Position numbers and translations under genes: made by a program
Shown: piece after piece, positions 60,176 to 64,000 of the stretch
How the letters are laid out: each line of letters begins with the position of its first letter
How positions within the stretch are numbered: the stretch's first letter is position 1
Notes under the pieces: generated by a model
Told to the model about the DNA's origin: nothing
The model's input: only the letters and a program-made list of their open reading frames with translations
Database searches by the model: none
Source: an uncultured delta proteobacterium
GTDB taxonomy: Bacteria; Myxococcota_A; Polyangia; Polyangiales; B10-G4
Reading direction: 5' to 3'
Length of the DNA: 64,000 nucleotides
NCBI GenBank assembly: GCA_963727445.1
Contig: CAVSGI010000004.1
Location: 64,001-128,000 of the forward strand

Positions 60176-61105
60176 TCAGACGCAGCCGACGGGCTTGGGG
60201 ACGCCCGCGATCATCGCGCAGGTCTTCCCGGGGGTCGGCGGGAAGAGTCGATACATGGCTTCGGTGCCTACCCCCGACCCGGAGGCGACGCGGCGAACGT
60301 TGGGCGAAGCGCCCGAGCTCGCGTAGTCGTCGCGGACCCACCCGATCACGTGCATGTGCTCGTCGGTCAGGGTGATGCCCAGACCTTCCGCGATCTTCTT
60401 GGCGAGCTCCGGGGACCAGGTGCTGGGATCGATGAGGAAGCCGTTGGGATCGAAGTCGTGGCCTTCCCAGTGAACGATCTGGGGCTCGTCCTCGGTCGCG
60501 GCAGCCGGTGCAGCCGCCGCCTCGGCCTTCGGGGCGGCGGGCGCAGGCGCCGCTTTGGCCGGCGCAGGCTTGGCCGCGGCGGGGGCGCGGGCCGCCATCG
60601 GCTTCGCCAGAGCCGCGCCATCCGTCGCGACGCCTCCCTGCGCGCGTCCGATCGCACGCATCACCTCGAGCATCACGCCGAGTCCGCGCTTGATGTCGTC
60701 GTCCTTCGCGGCCTTGCGCATGGCGCCGAACATCCCGACCGGCTCGACCCCGTCGCCCGAGAGCAGGACGTCCGAGGCCTGGTTGGCGACCGTCAGCACG
60801 CCCGGCTGCGTCAGGTTCCGGACGGTGGCGAGGATCCCGACCACCGCGTCGGCGAGGTACTCCGCGTCCTCCTTCGAGTAGCTCTCGAGGATGCGCAAGA
60901 CTGCCCGGCGGCCGACGCCGAGCATCTCGAAGAGCCCGCGCTCGTCCCACTCGGCGAGATGAGAGGCGGCGCTGTTCATCGCGAGCCTGCCGATCGGCAT
61001 CAGCTCTTCCGCCATCTCCGCGCTGAAGCGCTGGCGCGCTTCGATCGCGTCGAGACGCTGACTGATGGTGTCCAGTCGGGAGAGGATTTCGTCGTTCGTC
61101 GTCAT
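60176..61105 (-). CDS. DUF1641-like domain fused to TusE/DsrC-family sulfur relay domain
   Basis: PVGMFGAMRKAAKDDDIKRGLG; Ala/Pro linker; DPNGFLIDPSTWS...LTDEHM.VI..R...YRLFP..PGKTCAMIAGVPKPVGCV. Confidence 0.85.
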   Translation of the reverse strand: MTTNDEILSRLDTISQRLDAIEARQRFSAEMAEELMPIGRLAMNSAASHLAEWDERGLFEMLGVGRRAVLRILESYSKEDAEYLADAVVGILATVRNLTQPGVLTVANQASDVLLSGDGVEPVGMFGAMRKAAKDDDIKRGLGVMLEVMRAIGRAQGGVATDGAALAKPMAARAPAAAKPAPAKAAPAPAAPKAEAAAAPAAATEDEPQIVHWEGHDFDPNGFLIDPSTWSPELAKKIAEGLGITLTDEHMHVIGWVRDDYASSGASPNVRRVASGSGVGTEAMYRLFPPTPGKTCAMIAGVPKPVGCV

Positions 61106-61108
61106 TGC

Positions 61109-62338
61109 TCAGCCCCTCTTTCCGGCCATGAGCATCCGGTGGTCGAGCGGCAGCTCGCCGCCCTTCACCAGCACGTTCCAATAGATCCACTTGAAGGCGA
61201 GCTTGCCCCAGTGGTTGATCTCGCTCTCCTCGAGGAGAGTGAAGGGGCCGATCCCGGGGAGGGGGAAGCGCCCCGGCAGCGGCTCGGTGTCGTAGTTGAA
61301 ATCGATGAGCATCGCCTTGCCGTTGCCGGTCTCGATGAAGCAGTTGGCGTGCCCGTCGAAGTCCGGGAGCAGGGGCTTTTCGTCGATGTAGCGCAGGAGG
61401 TTTTCCACGAGGACATCCCCTTGGAAGTGAGCGACGGCGCCTGCTTTGCTCGCTGGCAGGTCCGTCGCATCGCCGATGACGAAGATGTCGGGGTGGGCTT
61501 TGCTCTGAAGGGTGTGCTTGTCGGTGGGCACGAAGCCCATCTCGTCGCCCATCTCGGAGCGGAGGATCGCGCCCGAGCCGCCGTGCAGCGGGATGGTCAC
61601 CAGGAGGTCGAAGTGCTCTTCCCGTCCGTCGTAGCTCCGGAGCGACCGGCGCTCCTCGTCGACGGCGTTGGCGGCGAAGTTCGGCACGACCGAGATGCCG
61701 CGATCGCCGAGCATCGAGCCGAAGGCAGCGGAAGCCTTCGGCTTGGTGAAGGCGCCGTCGAGGGGCGTGACGTAGACCATCTCGACCTTGTCGCGCATGC
61801 CCCGCTTCCGGAAGTAGTCGTCGGCCAGGCAGGCGAACTCGAGGGGCGCGACCGGACACTTGATCGGCATCTCGACGGTGTCGATCAGCAGGCGCCCTCC
61901 CTCGAATCCGTCGAGGCGCTCGGCGAGCTTCGACGACCCATCGAGGGTGTAGAAGTCGAAGACGTCCTTCTGCCAGAGGCGGCCCGTCATCCCGGGCGTC
62001 TGCTCCGGGTGAATGTGCGAGCCGGTGGCGATGACCAACAGCTCGTAGCTCAGACGTTCGCCGTTCTCGAGCGCGACCACCTTCGCTTCCGGATCGATCC
62101 GGTCGATGGTGCCCATCACGTAGCGCACCGCCGGGTCGAGGAGCGCGCCACGCGGCTTGATGATCTCCTCCTTCCTGTACTGCCCGAAGGGCAGGAAGAG
62201 CAGACCGGGCTGATAGACGTGAACGTCGTCCCGATCCACGACGGTGATCTGCCAATCGCTCGACGGAAGCGATCGCACCATCCGGTTGGCCATCATGGTG
62301 CCGGCCGTCCCAGCACCGAGGATTACGAGATTGTTCAT
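61109..62338 (-). CDS. sqr: Sulfide:quinone oxidoreductase-family flavoprotein (type III-like)
   Basis: ILGAGTAG, HVYQPG, IKCPVAPLE, IGDATDLPASKAGAVAH, FDGHANCFIETG. Confidence 0.8.
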   Translation of the reverse strand: MNNLVILGAGTAGTMMANRMVRSLPSSDWQITVVDRDDVHVYQPGLLFLPFGQYRKEEIIKPRGALLDPAVRYVMGTIDRIDPEAKVVALENGERLSYELLVIATGSHIHPEQTPGMTGRLWQKDVFDFYTLDGSSKLAERLDGFEGGRLLIDTVEMPIKCPVAPLEFACLADDYFRKRGMRDKVEMVYVTPLDGAFTKPKASAAFGSMLGDRGISVVPNFAANAVDEERRSLRSYDGREEHFDLLVTIPLHGGSGAILRSEMGDEMGFVPTDKHTLQSKAHPDIFVIGDATDLPASKAGAVAHFQGDVLVENLLRYIDEKPLLPDFDGHANCFIETGNGKAMLIDFNYDTEPLPGRFPLPGIGPFTLLEESEINHWGKLAFKWIYWNVLVKGGELPLDHRMLMAGKRG

Positions 62339-62421
62339 AGGCGCACACCCTACCTAGTCCCCGACGCCAGTTCTGCATCCCGGTTTCGGGGCATTCGTGC
62401 GCTTTTTGCGCTTGGGGATTC

Positions 62422-63999
62422 TCAGGCCGCCGCGGCGGCAAAACGCTTGGCCTCTTCGGCGCGTCCGAGCGCGAGAAAGCAGAGGCTCAAGGTCTTGAGA
62501 CTCGCGAGCTCTCCGCTGCGCGTCTCGGCCGCTCGCGCGAGGCGGAGGGCCTTGAGCGCAGCCCGCACGGCCAGTACCGGGCTCCGTGCGCCCAAGAGGA
62601 TGATCGCCCGCGCGAGCTCGTTGCGGGCCCGGGCAGCGTCGTCGGCGGGCAGGGCGTCTCGCGACTTGTGAAGCGCGAAGAGCGCGGCCTCCAGCTCGCC
62701 CCGACCGAGCTCGGTCAGGGCGCGGAGGCGTTCGGCTGCGGCGCGGTCGTGCCCTTCGGCGATGGCGATGTCGAGGAGCCGCTCCACCGAGTCGAAGTCG
62801 CGGTCCTTGAGCGCGGCCACCGCGCTCGCGCCCACGCCCTCCGAGTCTTCCCCGGCCCGCTGCTCGATCTCTTCGGCGATGGCGATGACGGTCTGCGGCG
62901 GTGGCGGGGCGCTGGTCCGCCCCTGGGTGCTGACGCTCCGGCTCAGGGTCGTCGCGGCGTTTCGGATCTTGGCGGAGGGGTCGTACTGCACCGCGGCCGC
63001 TGCGAGGCGCACCGCGGCGCGCGGAAAGCCCGCGAGCGCGGCGGCGCGTCCGGCCTCGATCAGCGCCCTTGCACCCTCTTGCTCCTGACCGCCCTCGGCC
63101 AGGTAGTACCCGATCGTCGCCTTCTCGAACTCCGCGTCTTTGGACGCGGCTGTCTCCATCGCGCCCGCGATGAAGCGATACATCTCGCTGGTGCGCGGGG
63201 CCGGCATGGCCTGCACCACCACCGCCCGCAGCATGGTGCTCGTCGCGTAGAGGGGCTCTTCCGGCGCGAGGAACGCCTCGGCGCAGAGTCGCTCGATCCC
63301 GCCGGCGAGGTGGTCGATGCCGATCCCGTCGGCCATCGCCACCGTGCGCGCCAGCTCGCCGGGGGATCCACTGGGCACGGCGCACACCGCTTCGAGAATG
63401 CGGCGCGAGGTGGGATCGAGGCTGACCACCCGCTCCTCGATATGACCTTCCACCGGGATGCTTCGAACACCCGCGCGCGGGCGGGTCCGCCACCGGAAGG
63501 CTTCGCCGTCGTGCACCAGGTCGCCGCCGGCAATCAGCGCTCGTGCCGCCTCGAGGACACCGAGGGGCGACTCGCCGCCCAGCACCGCCACCCGCCGCGA
63601 GACGTCGTCCGGGGTGTTCGCGCCCAGGATCGCCTCTGCGATTTCGCGGGCGCCATCCATCCGCACCATGGGCAGCGGGACCTCCTCGAGCTCGCCGCGC
63701 TGCGTGAGCTGCTTCGGTGGGCGCGCGTCGTGCGGCACGCGGGCGAGCAGGAGCGCCTCGGTCCCCGTCGCGAGGGCGTCGGCGATGACGCCGATGGTCG
63801 CCGAGTCGACCGCCGACAGTGGATCGGCGATGACCCACGGCCGCCGCTCCGCTTCGACGTGCGCGTCCAGCAGCTCCGACACCGCGAGGATGGCGTCGCC
63901 GCGGTCGACCGCGACACCACGCGCGATCGCTGCCAGGGTGCGAGCGGCTTCTTTCGGAAGGTTCGTCACCGCGGCCTCGACGCCTTCACGCGTCTTCCA
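62422..63999 (-). CDS. Large helical/TPR protein, possibly C-terminal part of an AAA/STAND-like protein; 5'-truncated by window edge
   Basis: Frame open to edge; WVIADPLSAVD, GESPLGVLE, RVVSLDPTSRRILEAVC, TPR-like helices. Confidence 0.6.
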   Translation of the reverse strand, partial: WKTREGVEAAVTNLPKEAARTLAAIARGVAVDRGDAILAVSELLDAHVEAERRPWVIADPLSAVDSATIGVIADALATGTEALLLARVPHDARPPKQLTQRGELEEVPLPMVRMDGAREIAEAILGANTPDDVSRRVAVLGGESPLGVLEAARALIAGGDLVHDGEAFRWRTRPRAGVRSIPVEGHIEERVVSLDPTSRRILEAVCAVPSGSPGELARTVAMADGIGIDHLAGGIERLCAEAFLAPEEPLYATSTMLRAVVVQAMPAPRTSEMYRFIAGAMETAASKDAEFEKATIGYYLAEGGQEQEGARALIEAGRAAALAGFPRAAVRLAAAAVQYDPSAKIRNAATTLSRSVSTQGRTSAPPPPQTVIAIAEEIEQRAGEDSEGVGASAVAALKDRDFDSVERLLDIAIAEGHDRAAAERLRALTELGRGELEAALFALHKSRDALPADDAARARNELARAIILLGARSPVLAVRAALKALRLARAAETRSGELASLKTLSLCFLALGRAEEAKRFAAAAA

Positions 64000-64000
64000 G

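Noticed and set aside
60176..60480. DsrC as evidence of dissimilatory sulfur metabolism
   Set aside because: Cys spacing is not C-x10-C and dsrAB/dsrMK are absent from the window
1..64000. Many long alternative-frame ORFs (e.g. 54353-57058, 58075-60375, 60089-62671, 19807-21846, 6602-8374)
   Set aside because: Antisense or shadow ORFs of well-supported genes; Arg/Ala/Pro-rich with no motifs, as expected at high GC
1..64000. CRISPR array, tRNA or rRNA genes
   Set aside because: No regularly spaced repeat-spacer array and no recognisable RNA gene motifs seen by eye

Overview
High-GC bacterial chromosomal segment, most likely a myxobacterium (Polyangiales/Sandaracinaceae-like), inferred from a DUF1592/DUF1552 pair, many Cys-rich lipoproteins with D/A/G-rich linkers, a DUF4132 protein and a myxobacterial-type HNH protein. 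All family calls are by motif recognition, not database search. Main content: (i) a dispersed ethylmalonyl-CoA pathway locus (mch, mcd, ccr, ecm, meaB, RamB/ScfR-type regulator; 5.5-24.6 kb) that also contains a 4-hydroxybutyryl-CoA dehydratase, i.e. five activities of the synthetic CETCH cycle; (ii) inside it, a DUF222-like/HNH gene bracketed by three copies of a TTCCCCGGGGAA-core palindrome; (iii) a signalling/general-stress block at 28-45 kb (CheB/CheR, hybrid kinase, CsbD, sigma54 activator, CBS, APC-USP, P-type ATPase, lipase, GlsB, LEA-like) with candidate sigma54 promoters; (iv) a run of lipoproteins; (v) a prephenate dehydratase fused to an apparently dead DAHP-synthase domain; (vi) an SQR / DUF1641-TusE fusion / DsrE operon. 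At least 11 genes carry frameshifts. Five are repaired by GAATC/GATTC->GATC, which suggests long-read errors at methylated GATC rather than pseudogenes. No rRNA, tRNA or CRISPR array was seen.
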